DNA of 64,000 bases from Cyanophora paradoxa CCMP329 (lineage: Eukaryota; Plantae; Glaucophyta), in assembly GCA_004431415.1 (NCBI GenBank), contig QPMI01000408.1, forward strand, positions 310,001 through 374,000. Direction: 5' to 3'. Below the pieces are notes generated by a model that did no database searches, was not told where the DNA came from, and was given only the letters and a program-made list of their open reading frames with translations. The position numbers and the translations under genes are program-made. Positions within the stretch are counted from its first letter, which is position 1. Every line of letters starts with the position of its first letter. Shown one piece after another: positions 25,501-36,931 of this stretch.

Positions 25501-28500
25501 GCGAGGTGCCAGGGCGCCTCCGCCGCCCGCCGCGCCGACGGCCCCTGCCTGCGCGCCCCTCAGGCGGGGGCGGGGCGGCGGGGGGTACGGCGCGGGGGAA
25601 CGCACCCGCGGAAGTAGCGCCCGAGGCGCGCGTGCCACGCCGCCCGCTGCTGCGGGTCCCCAAGCCCCGCCTCCGCCGCCACCGCCTGCGAACAAAATAA
25701 GCCGGGGTACTATGGCATCTGAAAGGGGGTACGCCGCCGCACCTCCTCGACGGCGCGGTGGCAGAACCCCAGCAGCCCGCCTGCCGCCCCTCGGTATGCG
25801 AAGTCGAAGGAAGGTATGATACGCCGTACCCCGGTCAACGAGGGCGGGGGCGGCTGCCCCCTGGAACTCGCTCCACAGGAGCTCCGTCACGCCGGCCTCG
25901 CCGGCGTCACCCACGCGCAGGATCCCCCGCAGCTCGCTCTGCGTCTCGAAGATTCGAACGGATAAAGGAAGGCAGGGGGCGGAGGAGGGCAGGGGCGGGC
26001 TTAAAGGTTTCATAAGTTTTAAAGCTAATATTTCTAAGACCTATAAGCTATTAGAACAGTTAGAGCTGGGGGGCTCGGCGGGCCTCGGCGAGGCCCTCGC
26101 GGGCGGCGGCGACGGCGCTCAGCGCCTCCAGCGCCACCTGCGAGCGCGCGCCCCCACTCAGCCGAGGCAGATCTAGAGGCTGAGCCTGAGAAGGAGCGCA
26201 CGGGGCCGTAGGCGTCGGCCCAGCGGCGGAGCACGAGCCCGTACAGCGGCACCGGCCTGGCGGGTAGGGGCTCAGGACAAGGCGAAAAGGAAGGGGAGGA
26301 AGGGGGAGGAGGGCGGGCGGGCCCCGGGCAGGCGAGGCACTCGGCGATGCGGGCGTCGAGCGTCTCGTGCGTCGTCGCCCCGCCCTTCAGCTCCTCCAGC
26401 ACCTAAGAAAAGATGAGGGGGAGAGGAGAGGGGGGGGGGGGGGGGGAGGGGGGGGGGGGAGGGGCGCGCGGTGCGGAGGAAGAGGGGGCTGGAGCACTGC
26501 GGGGCCTCCAGCAGGCGCCCCAGCTGCCCCGGCCCAGCGCCTGAAGGAGAAGAATGGAGAGGAGTAAGCAAAGGGGGCGGGGCGGGCGGGCCTTGCCGGC
26601 GGCGGCGAGGTCTGCCTCCGCGAGCGCCCGGCGGGCCCCCGGCCCCAGCGCCCCCACCTGGGGCACCTTAGGAGAGAGAAGGGAGGCGGGGAGGGGAGGG
26701 CGGACGGGGCAGGTGCGGTGCGGCCGGCGGCGGGCCTCCTCGGCGGCGGGGCCCGGCGTCGCGGAGGCGACGAGGCGCAGCGCGGGGCCGGCGCGCGGGG
26801 GCAGCCAGCGCAGGCCCCCGCCCCGCCCTGAAGAAGCACGCTCAGGCGGAGGGGAAGAGGAGAGGGAGGGGTACGGGGAGGGAGGGCGCCTGGATCTGGT
26901 CGAGGGCGTCGACGACGAGGAGGAGTCGCCCCGGCAGCCGCGCCCCGGCCAGCCACGCCCCGAACCTGCTCACTCTGTCGGCCAAGACAGGCGAAAGGGG
27001 GGGGGGGGGGGGGGGGGGGGGCCGCACCGCGCGGGGGCCAGCGAGTCCGCCGCGTCGAAGGGCGGCGCGGAGGGGTACCGCTCCTTGATCTCCCCGTACA
27101 CCCGCCTGGCGGGGGAGGGTACGCGATCAACTTTCGCGAATCGCCGGGAGCGCCGAAGGGGAGGGGTACCGGACGAGGGAGGCGGGGCTGGCGCTCTCCT
27201 GGGTACCCCCCACGAAGTGGAGGACCGTGAGGTCGCCGGGGGTACGGGCGCGCCACGTCGCGGTCCAGTTCGCAAGCAGCGCTGAGGCGGGGTATGAGCG
27301 GGGAAGGGGGAGGGGGAAGCGGAGACGGGTACCGCTCTTGCCGCAGCCGGAGGGCCCCGATACGAGGAGCAGCTCTGGGCCTGCCCGGTCTCAGCGCGGG
27401 GGCAGGGGGGGTGGGAGGGGGGGAGAGGGGGCAAAGTGGGAGGTACCCGAATCGGCCGCGTAGGCGTCGAGCGGATCGAAGTCACCCGGCCCCCGCACGA
27501 AGAGCCTGGAGGGTACAGCGTCAAGGACACAGCGGGAAGAAGTAAGGGAGGAAGTAAGGGAGGGGTACGGGGTGGACCGGCAGCGGAGGGCGGCAAACGC
27601 GCCGTGGGCGGCGCGCTCCTCATCGAGCCAGCCCCCCTTGGGGCGCGGGGGGTAGTCCCTTTTGACCATCTGAAAATGTCTCAGACGGGAAATGGGATCG
27701 GGGGGGAATGAGCCGGGGGTACCTCGAGGAGGTCGTCGTGGATGGCGGCGGCGAGGGCCGCGGGGCTGCCGTACCCCGCCACCCGCATCCCCGCCTCCCG
27801 GATCTCGTCCTGCGAGAACAGAGTTCTGAAACCCAGAGGGGGGGGAGGGGTTGGAGCGGGGGGCACCTTGAGCGCCTGGAGGCGGGCGGAGGCGGCGGGC
27901 CCCTCGGCGGCCTCCGCGCGGGCGGCGGCGAGCAGGTCGCCCTCTGCGAAGTAGAAGCGGCCCCGCGCCCGCCCCGCCTGCCGCCCCGTCAAGGAGCTGG
28001 AGAAGGAGGGTGGCACCCGGCGGACTCGCCTCGGGCTCGTTCAGAGCGCCCAGCCGAATCTCGATCTACGCGGCCGTTCGATCGGGAGCAGCAAGTAGGG
28101 GGGTACAGGGAGCTCCGACCTCGGTGACGGACTGGCCGCCGCAGTCGCGAACGAAGGGAAACTCGCCCGCCGCCGCCTCCAGCGACCTGCGGGGGTACAG
28201 GGATCGCTGGAGGGAGGGGGGTACGGGCCGCGCCGTGCGGGGCGCGCCTGGATAGGAGGGCGTCCTCCACCGCACCCTCCCCGTGGTGCCAGCCTGCGGC
28301 GAAAGGGTCACGTACCCCTCGGGACGGGCGCGTGAGCCCCGCGCTTTGCACCGTAGCGACCCTTCTGCGCGGCGGAAGCAGCCGGAACCTCAACGGCGGC
28401 TGCAGAAGCTGGACAGGGCACCGGCGGGATTCGAACCAGGAATGCGACGAAGTAGGTGGCGCGTCGGACCTCCCGAAGGCAAAGCAGCACCACCTGTACC

Positions 28501-31350
28501 CCCGCGTGAGGCCGGCGGGGGTACAGGGGGGCGGAGGGGGGTACGCGCCTGCCCCGTCGCGACGCGATCGTCCGTGATCCCCCACCTGTCGCCTTTCAGG
28601 GAAGGGAAAGAGCGAAAGGGGGGTAGAGGCTCGCCTGAGGTCGACGGGTACGAAGAAGAGGCCGCGGGCCTCGAGGGCGGCGCGGAGGCGGGGTACGGCG
28701 CCGCGGAAGACCTCGTCCCGCTCGGCGCCCATGTCGCCTACCCCCGCCACGGGCGAACGTTCAGGCGAACGGCGCCCCGCGGGGCGACGCGCGGGGGACG
28801 CGGGCGCACGGAAGGTGGACGAGAGGAAGACGCGCACGGTCCGCGACTCCCCGGGGCCGCCCTGCGGGGGGTACGAGGTTGGTGGGGGCACGGAGGGGCA
28901 CGCGGAAGGGCCGCGCTCGCCTCGCGCGGCGGCGCGGGGAGCGGCGCCGGCGCCGGGCCAGCCCCGGGCTCCAGCGCCGAATCCAGCAGGCCTGTACCCC
29001 CGTCCGGCATCGGGTGGGGTACCGGCAGCGGGGGCTGGGAGGGGTACCGTCGACGATGACGCCGTGCACGGAGACCCGGTGTGATGCACGGGCCTTCGAT
29101 TCCGACCCCGGAGCCGGCCCTGGCACTGGGGTACGTCAAAACAGACAAGAGACGAGCACTGAAGGTACTGTGAACCGCTCGGAGCGCCCGATGCGGGGAC
29201 CGCCGAGCCCTCCCCGCCACCTGAGATCAAAGGTGGGTCGGGGAGGGGGCGCGGGGCCCGATCGGGAGGGGTACCCTCCTCCATCTCCTCCTCCCTCCTT
29301 ATTTCCTCTTGCTCTTTCTCCAACCGCTGCTTAAGCAGCTGCTCGCGCTTGCGGAGGAGCAGCTGCTGCCGCTCGCGGAGCCGATCGGAAGGGTTACCGC
29401 CGTCTTTCTCGAGATCCGCGCTCCCCGCGGGCTCGATAGGAGCGTCCGCCGGCTTCGCACCCGGTCCTGACGAAGCGCCGATTTAGGATCGGGCGGAGAG
29501 GGAGGGAAGGGGAGCGGGAAGGGGGTACCGATTTCTTCCCGCAGAATGACGCTCGACGCGAAGTCGTCCAACCTCTCGGGGGGTACGAGCGGCCCTTCGC
29601 GGGACGTGAGAGGGTACCGTCGCTCCGGAAGGGCGGGAGGGGTACCGATTTCGTCGCGGACGAGGGCGCTAGAGGCCGCGGAGAGGCGCTGGGGGCGTAC
29701 GGGGGTGTCCGGCTCGTTCCCCGCCGGCCGGGGTACCTCCGCGCGCTTCACGATCGTGACGGACTGGACGGGGCGTCGAGCGTCAAGGGGAGGGGGAAGA
29801 TGCGGAGGGGGGTACGCCGACCTGCTCGAGGAGGACGGGGAAGCGCGAGTAGAAGTCGTCTCTGTGGAGGGCGCTGCTGGCCGCCGCCGCCGCCGCGCCG
29901 GGCGGGGGCCCGGCGGGGATGGAAGCCAATGAGACCGGAACGGGCGGGGGCGGGGCCGGGGGCGGGGGCGGGGGCGGGGGGCGGAGCTCGTCGCGGCGGG
30001 GCCCTCCGGGCCCGAAACCGCCCGCAAGGCTGCCCGCAAAGCGTCGGCGGGAGTAGCGGAGCGGGACGGAGGGCCTCGGGACGCGTACGTACCCCTGAGG
30101 GCCTGCCTCCCCCGGCCCCCCGAAGACGTCCTCGAGCCCCAGGGATCCTTCCATTTCGGTCGCGTCCCTCTGAGAGGTCGAAAGGAAGTGGGTACCGTGT
30201 GGGGGTACGTGTGCCTCAGGGGGGTACGCGCGCACCACCGGGGACTTGATTTCGTCGCGGGAGACGAGGCTGGAGGAGGCGGCGGCCGCCGCGGCCGGCC
30301 CCGGGATGGAGGAGGAGGGGAGAGGGGCCAGCGGGGGCAGATCCTCTGCCCGCAGCTCCGCCCGGGCGATGCCGGCCGCTCCCGCCGGCGCCGGCGCCGG
30401 CGCTGGTCCCGCAACAAGGCTCTCCTGCGTACCCCCGCATCGGAAACGGCCCCGCGGGGATTCGAACCTGCGCACTGCCTCGGGCCGGGCGCCGAGCATC
30501 GCGAGGAGATGGTCGACCTCGTCGAAGGCGCGCCCCTCGCCCCCCGCGGCCGCCGCTGCCTGCGACCGGCGGGCGTGGGTCTCGGGTAGGGGCCGGCGCG
30601 GAGGGCACGGGCCCCCCCACCTCGCCGCCTGTCTCCTGCTCGCCCGCGGGCTCCGGTTCTGGAGCCGCCGCCGCCGCCGACTGCGCGCGGCGCCGATCGG
30701 CCTGGGGCGGGTGGCGGACGTGGCGAGAGGAGGCCGCACGGCCGTCTCTGGCGCGGGGCGCGCGCCCCGCAGCTCGGCCCGCAGGAGGGCGCTGGGCGCC
30801 GCGCACTCGACCTGCTGGATCTCCAGTCGCGTCGCCTCCTCTTTGGGGAGCCTCTGCAAGGGCACCAGCGCCTCCCGCGCGACGGCCGGCGCCGGGCGCG
30901 CCTCCGGATCGCGCAGCTCCGCCCGCAGGAGGGCGCTGGGCGCCGCGCACAGAAGCTCGACCTGTTGCCGCGTCGCCTTCTCTTCGTGGAGCCTCGTCTC
31001 TTCGGCGACTGGCGCCTCCCGTGCCGGGCGCGCCTCCGCATCGCGCAGCTCGGCGAGCAGGAGGACGCTGGGCGCATCGTCGAGCTTCCGCGGGAGGAGC
31101 TCTGCCCGCCTCACGACGCTCGGCGCCTCCTCGGCGGTGGGAAGCAGCTCGTCCCGCCGCAGGGCGCTGGGCGCGCCTCCCGGCGCCGCCTGCGGGAGCG
31201 CCTGGCCGAGCGCGTCGAATTCAGGCGGCGGGCCCGGCGGGGGAGCTGGTTACGTACTCGGAGCTCGTCCCGCTTCACCGCGCTGGGCGCCGGCGACGCC
31301 TGCGCCTCGAGAGCGCCCCGTTGCACGACGCTGGAGGGCGCGCAGCCCAT
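22548..31350 (-). CDS. NPHP3/TEP1-like DUF4062 + NACHT-type P-loop NTPase + TPR protein (multi-exon)
   Basis: DUF4062 motifs VRVFLSSTFR|DMGAERD...FFVPVDLR|WGIT...LCLREV. Walker A GPSGCGKS|ALLANW (~27270-27355) and Walker B LLLVVDALDQ. C-terminal TPRs (HADVAEALASLA, VATALSNLG). N-terminal MGCAPSS. Confidence 0.82.
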
Positions 31351-31902
31351 CGCACGATGCTCGAGCTGGCGATGCGGTCACTGCAGCTGGATACCCCGGT
31401 GCCTGCGTGTGTCAGCGCCGAGCCTCGGAGGCTGCGTCGGGCTGGCGGCGCCGATCCACGCAGAAAGGCCGTTCCTGCGGTACTGAGAGAGGTCGGGACG
31501 CTGTTTTCGCTTCCTCAAAGCCAGCGTACGCCTGCGGCGTGGATCGCGGAGGTTGATCTGGATGCGACTTTGCGACGGTACCCCCCGAGGCCAAAGACAG
31601 CGCGTCTCTGCAGGTCACCGCAGGCATCGCAGACGCGAGCGTTGAGGTCCTACAGCACTCAGCGAGTCTGTATCTGCGACCTCGGCCAAAGCCAATCGCA
31701 TCAACCGCGCCTCGCGTGCCCTTGACTGGCGGAGCGGCGTGTCGGCGTCCAGGGACTCAGTGAGTGGGTGCTTCTGCAGTCACTCGAGGGCGCTCGTCCG
31801 AGCGTCATCGGTCACTTCAAGCCCCATGCGGCAATCGGCCAGCCCTAGCTAGCGCCTCACGTAGGCGCGGCGGGCGCATCCGTACCGCGCCCGCGCGCAG
31901 CG

Positions 31903-34900
31903 ATGGCCGACGCAAGTCCCGGGCGGTCGCCTGGGGGCGCTGCCCGCTCCCAGGGCCCGCCACGCGTCCTCTCGCCCTCGCTGCTCCTGGGCAAGAGCCC
32001 CAGCGCCTCGATCGACTACAAGAAGCTCGACGCGGCGATCTCGCGCGCGCGGCTGCTCCTCAACGACAAGCCGGATGCGCTGGAGAACGAGGCCAAGGAC
32101 GCGGTCACCGTCCTCAAGATCCAGGCGCAGGGGGCGGAGAACGACCTGCAGTCCGAGCTCGAGCGGCATGCCAAGGCGCTGATACAGGCGCGCTGCTTAC
32201 CCCCTCCCGCCGCCGCTGCCGCCCGCGCCGCGCCGAGCGCCCCGCGGCCGCTGACGCTCGCGCGCGAGCAGGCGAAGGAGGCGGCGCTGCAGGCGCGGAT
32301 GGGCTACGACGCGGCGTGCGCGGAGACGGCGGGGCGGGAGCGGAAGCTGAGGCGGCTGCAGGAGACGCTCGCCTTCCTCGAGCTCTCCGTCGAAGTCCCC
32401 GACCCCGACCTCGTGCGCCGCTGTGCCGCGCCGCGCGCCCGCCGCCCCGCGGCGCTTCGGGGAGGAAGGAAGAAGCGGCCGCGCGCATCGCAGATGCGTG
32501 AGGCGAAGTCGCTGAAGGAGCGCTGCGAGGCGGTGGAGGCGGAGGCGGAGGAGGCGGCGGAGTACGGGCGCACGCTGGCGCACGTGGCGCTTCGGACGCG
32601 GAAGGAGGTCGCGGAGCGGAGGAGCGCGCGGCCGCCGCTGGAGCGCGCGCACGCCGAGGCCGAGCGGCGGCTGCAGGCGCTGCGGGGCCTGCAGGACGAG
32701 GTGGCGGCGCGGGCGCAGGAGGCTCGCGAGGCGACCGAGCGCGTCGCGTCGCGGCTGCGCGAGTCGCGCGCCGAGCTCGCCGAGCGCGTCCAGCGGCGGC
32801 GCGCCCTCGCCGTCGACCGCGGCGCCATCATCGAGCACAAGGGCCTCCTCGTGCGTACCCGGGGCTGCCCTCCCCCCTTCCCCCCCTGAGGCGGCGCGCA
32901 GGAGGACGCCCACACCGCCGAGAGGCACGAGCTCTGGGCCCAGCTCGTCTGCCGGGGTACGCGCCGCGCGCGCGGCGGCCCCTCACTCGCCCCTCGTGAG
33001 GCGCGCGGCAGTGGCCCTGCGGCAGTGGCGGCGGGTGGCGGGCTGGCCGGCGGTGGCGGCGGCGGTGGGCCGGCGGGCGGCGCTGGAGGCGGCGATGCGG
33101 CGGCTGGCGGAGGCGGCGGGGGTCGCCGTGCTGCGGCGGGACGGGTCGCCGGACGCGGGCCCAGCGGTGGCGCGCTGGGCGGCGCTGCGGGCAATGCACG
33201 CGGCGCTGCAGGAGCAGGCGAGAGAGGCCGAGGCGCGCGTCGCCGAGCTGCAGGCGCGGGCCGGCGCCGCCCGCTCCGAGCTGCCCCCGGACCTCCTCGA
33301 CGAGTCCCGCGCCGCTTCCGCCTCCGCCGCCGCCTCCGCCGCTGCCGCGGGGGCGTCGCCGACGCGGGGGACGGGCCAACGCCCTCGCTGCGGCGCGCGC
33401 CCGCGCACGCGCCTCCGCCGCGACCCTCGCCCGCCTCACGGTGCGGCCCCTGGCAGCTCTTTCCCTCCCGCGCCCCCGCGCCCCCGCGCCCTCCCGCCCG
33501 CCCGCCCGCCTGACGGGCGGCGGGCGCCCGCGGCGCAGCAATTCGCGTGGTCGCTGGCCGGCCGCGTCCGGTCCGCAGTCGGGGCGGGGGACGACGAGAT
33601 CATACCCCTGCCCCTCCCCCGGGCGGCACCGGTACCCCCCGGCGCGACGAGGCGGCGGAGGCGGCGGCGGAAGTGGCAGCGATGGCCGTGGAGGGCGCCT
33701 GCGCGGCGCTCGGCGAGCCGCCGGCGACGCCCCCGGCGACGCCGCCGGCGCGCCTGCCCTTCACGCTCAGCTCCAAGCTCGCGGCGGCGGCGCTCTCCAT
33801 CCTCGTGCCGGCCTCGCCGCCGGGGCGGGGGCGGGGCCGGGGCCGGGGCCGGGGGCGGCGGAGGGCGCTGGGGCGCTGGACGCCGAAGGGGCCTTCGCGG
33901 CCCTCGAGGCCGCCGCCGCCGCCCTGATCGACGCCTTCGCCCGCCGCGGCCTCCCCTCCCGCCCTTCCCCGCCGCTGCCGGCGCCGGCGGCGCCCTGGGG
34001 CTAGGGCCGAGCCCCCGGCAGGGCGCGGGCACCCCGGCCGGGACCTTCCTGCTCTCGGCGGTCCTCTCCGCGGCGTCGGCGTCGCCGCCGCCGCCGGACC
34101 CGCGGGAGGACCCCTTCGCGGCGAGCGTGCGGGCGCAGCTGCCCAGCGCCGCCGCGTCGACCCCCGACGAGCCCGGCGAGGCCGCGTGCGCCCCGCCCCG
34201 CCCCGTCCCGCCCCGCCGCCCGCTCGAGCCTTTCCTCGCCTAGACCCCGCCTCACCGCTCGCTCGCTTGCTCCCTGCAGGCGCCGCCGGTCGCTGACGCT
34301 GCGCGGGCGGCGCTCGCCCAAGAGGCACCGCGAGCCGCCCACGCCGCAGCCGCCGCCGCAGCCGCCGCCGCTGTCGCCGTCGCCGCAGCCGCAGCAGCAG
34401 CCGCAGCCGCAGCGGCGCTCTCGGTCGCAGGAGCCGCGGCCCCCGCCGGCGCCGACGTCGGCCCTCCTGCCGCCGATCCACGAGCCGCCGGCGGCGGCGC
34501 CGTCGCTGGCGGTCAGCAAGTCGGCATCCTCCATCTTCGCCGTGCGCGCCTTCTGGCCGCAAGCCGTCGGATCCGAATCCTGTTCGTTGGGCTTCTCACG
34601 CGCGCGCGCCGCAGGACGCAATCCCGCGGCGGGCGAAGGAGCGGGGCGGGGAGGGCAGCCCGAGCCCCGCCCGCAGGCCGGCGCCGCTCGGCCCGGCCCG
34701 GCCCCTGCCCCGCGTCGCCGGCCTCGCGCCGCTGCGGCCGCCGCCCGCGCCGCCGCCGCCGCCGCCCCCGCCGCTGCCCGAGCCGGAGCCCTTCGGGCGC
34801 CACGTGCACGCCACCGGGAGCCCCTACGGCCCCGCCAAGAAGAAGGCAAAGCGGCGGAGGCCGCCCCGGGCGGCCCCGGACCCGCCGCCGGCGGGGGCGG

Positions 34901-35325
34901 AAGAGGAGGACGAGGCCGGGGCCACCCCGCCGAACCGGGAGGCGGAGGAGGAGGAGGAAGGGCGGGAGACCCCCGCGGCAGCGCCGACGGCGCCGAAGGA
35001 GGAGGAGCGTGTGGAGGAAGAGGAGGAGGAGGCAGGGGCGTTCAGCGCGACGCTGGCGTCGGTGCCGGAGGGGGCGCCGGCGCCGCCGGATTTGGAGACG
35101 CCGTCGAGTCGCACCGGCTCCTTCTGCGTCCGCGTGGCCGGCGTCCGCGTCGTCGTCTCCGCCGGCGGCGAGGGCGCCACCGACCTCCCCCCCATCGTCG
35201 TCGGGCCCGCCTCCCGCGCCCGCGCCCGCCCCCCTCCCCCCGCCTCCGCGTCCGCCTCCGCCTCCACCCCGCCACCCCGCGCCTCGCTCCCGGACCGCGG
35301 CCGCTTCCTCGCCGACATCGCTTAG
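31903..35325 (+). CDS. Multi-exon coiled-coil protein with a Pro/Glu-rich low-complexity C-terminus
   Basis: ORF 31903-32889 has heptad-like helices (IDYKKLDAAISRARLLL...ENDLQSELERHAKAL) interrupted by in-frame introns. The terminal ORF ends ...GRFLADIA* at 35325. Confidence 0.6.
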
Positions 35326-36931
35326 CGCATTTAAGCGCTTCGTCCTCTTCTTTTTCATGCTTCTCTCCGCGCTGTGATCTGTGATCTTCCTTGATGCGTA
35401 TCGGCCTGGCCTGTAGATGACCAGCTCAAATTCGGCGGCCTGTCGTTTGATAGGGGAACTTCGGAAGGAAGCAGGGTGGAACTTCGGAAGGGGGCCCGGG
35501 GAAGGAAAGGGCCTAAGGGGGGCAGGGACACTGGGGACTAATTATAAGTGGGGAGGAGGGGGGGCGGGGGGATGGAGGGGGATCCGTATACGTAGTACTT
35601 GTTGCCTGAAGGCCTTAAACTTGCAAAAGTTTAGCTATAGGGCGGATTGATCGCCCCGGGCCCAGTCGCGAGCCGTAAGTTTAAATGTTGCCCGCACGCG
35701 AGTCCAAGCTCGCTTCAGGCCAAGCCGTGGATCCGCCGGGCCGGAGCTACAGCTGAACGTTGACGTCGACGTCCGGCCGCGCCGCGGCGCCGGCGCCGGC
35801 GGCCGCGGGTCCCCGCCGGGCCGGCGCCGCGCGCGGCCGGCCGCCGGGCCGGCGCCGGCGCCGCGGCCGGCGCCGGCGCCGGCGACGGCCGGGCGCCCGG
35901 GCCGGGCCCGGGTGTCCGCGCACGCGCGCACAAGCCTGGCAGCCGCGGTTTGCCATGTGCAGCGTTTAGCTTCTTCCTACCGATGTGTAGCAGACCTTGC
36001 GCATGCACATGCGCGCAGGCCTAGGCGTGGTCGTGCACGTGGACGCTTGCCGGCGCTCAGCGGCTTGCTGCGCGGCGGCGACGGTGGCATGTGGCCGGCC
36101 GTACGCGTGCGAGTGCTCAACATCGACTGGGCAGGGGGATAGCGGAAGCAAGGCTTTGGGGGGAATGGAAAGGGGGGGTAGGAGCAAAAACCCGAGGAGG
36201 CGCTCGAAGATGCCCTCTCCGTTGCCGTTGGGGCAGCCCGCCGTGCGTGTTCGGGGCGTTCAAGAGCGGAGCTCCGAAATAAATTCGGATTCAACCAGCT
36301 CCACGGCGTACGCCTTTGGCACCTTTGCTCGAAGTTTGCGGGCCAAAAAATTGCGGCCCAATGTGCGGCGCCGCCGGCGGGCCACGAGGTGCGCACATTC
36401 ATATGCAACTCTACAGAACTTCGTTCACGTGCAAAGCTGAGCACTCAGTGTACTGGTACTGTACTTCAACTGACCCAGTGCGCCGTCTCCGACGTCTCGC
36501 AGCCGTGCAGCCACTGCCAGCCAGCTGCAGCCTGCAGCCTGCCAGGGCTGCAGCAGCTGCAGGCTGCGCAGCGGAAGGAAGGAGCGGCCCGCAGCGGTCG
36601 CATCGCGGGCGCTAATCGGTCGCTTCAAAATAATTCTCTATCTTGAGTTGGCGGACTTGGTCAGCAGCATCAGCGCTAGCGGAGCTCGAGCGGCCACAGG
36701 AGCGGCGCCGCGTGGGCTTCTTGCGCTTCCGCTGCGTGCGGTTGCAAGCCAGCTTTCGGTTTAGAAGCGGCGGGGCTGCGGTGGCGGTCTGCTGGTAGGA
36801 TCCGCAGCCGCGAGGGCTCGTTGGTTCAGCCGCGGCCGGTGGGCGCCGCCGGCATTCTGGTCTTGGCCGGTTCGGCTTGACCTGCTCGGCTTGACTCTGG
36901 TCGGGGCGGCCGCCGCGCTCGGCCGGTGACG

